Shown piece after piece: positions 35,949-36,360 of a DNA stretch of 36,360 bases; the first letter of the stretch is position 1, and each line of letters begins with the position of its first letter. Both the position numbers and the translations under genes were made by a program. The notes beneath the pieces were generated by a model. It saw nothing but the letters and a program-made list of their open reading frames with translations. It did no database searches and was not told the DNA's origin. The DNA comes from Intoshia linei (taxonomy: Eukaryota; Animalia; Orthonectida). The stretch is from NCBI GenBank assembly GCA_001642005.1, contig LWCA01000255.1:1-36360 (forward strand), in the 5' to 3' direction.

Positions 35949-36360
35949 CCAGGTTGACTGTTATGTACTACGTACAAACAGCACCTAGCTCTGTTGAGGG
36001 CACATTTTTATTCTACCAAACAAATAAATTCACGTTGAAAATCTAACTTAAAAATCCTACTATTCACTATTATCAATCCTTTAAAGGAGTGGTTACCAAA
36101 TTTGTTTCAGGTGGAACCATCATATCACATTACTTTTTACTTTAAAGTGAATTATTTTATCTTAATCTTTTGTTTGTTAACATTTGCGTAAATAATTTTA
36201 ACGTCTCCGTTCACAATATCATAAATCACATGATCGTAAATCATAAGATCGTATTTATTTTGTTTAAGTTTAAATTAAATAATTCATTTAATTTAGACTA
36301 CAAACCCAAGTTAAAACTGAAATATTAAGATACTATATTATACCTACAAACCATATTACA
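35949..36360 (-). mobile_element. 3' part of a Helitron-like copy (E)
   Basis: Reverse complement of 20020-20268, with a terminal hairpin followed by CTGG|T (CTRR). 36295-36360 also matches 21828-21890. Confidence 0.65.

Noticed and set aside
1-36360. CRISPR arrays, tRNA/rRNA genes, prokaryotic operons or defence systems
   Set aside because: No repeat-spacer periodicity, cloverleaf or rRNA blocks were seen; the sequence is intron-containing eukaryotic DNA.

Overview
This is very AT-rich animal genomic DNA with compact, intron-split genes that the ORF track mostly misses. Most introns are 28-50 nt GT-AG; a few are kilobase-long and filled with transposon debris. This architecture and the fast-evolving proteins would fit a reduced parasite such as the orthonectid Intoshia linei (inference only). 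Manual splicing recovers, in order: TRAPPC2L (-), a DCC/neogenin/frazzled-like FN3 gene that stops before any transmembrane helix (+), ATP5F1E (+), PSMG4 (-), GET4 (-), ATP5MK/DAPIT (+), MAK16 (-, 9 exons), a CYB5R pseudogene and an intact CYB5R (-), TXNL4A/Dim1 (+), and the 3' part of a divergent class C GPCR (-). Interspersed are non-autonomous Helitron-like repeats, hAT MITEs and remnants, and Tc1/mariner and pogo/Tigger remnants. The strongest leads are an apparently single-hairpin H/ACA guide RNA in the ATP5F1E intron whose pocket fits the conserved 18S site CUUCU-UA-GAGGG, a possibly soluble netrin-binding FN module, and possible internal promoters with TGACA clusters inside the long introns. 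All family assignments are by recalled motif similarity; no database search was run.
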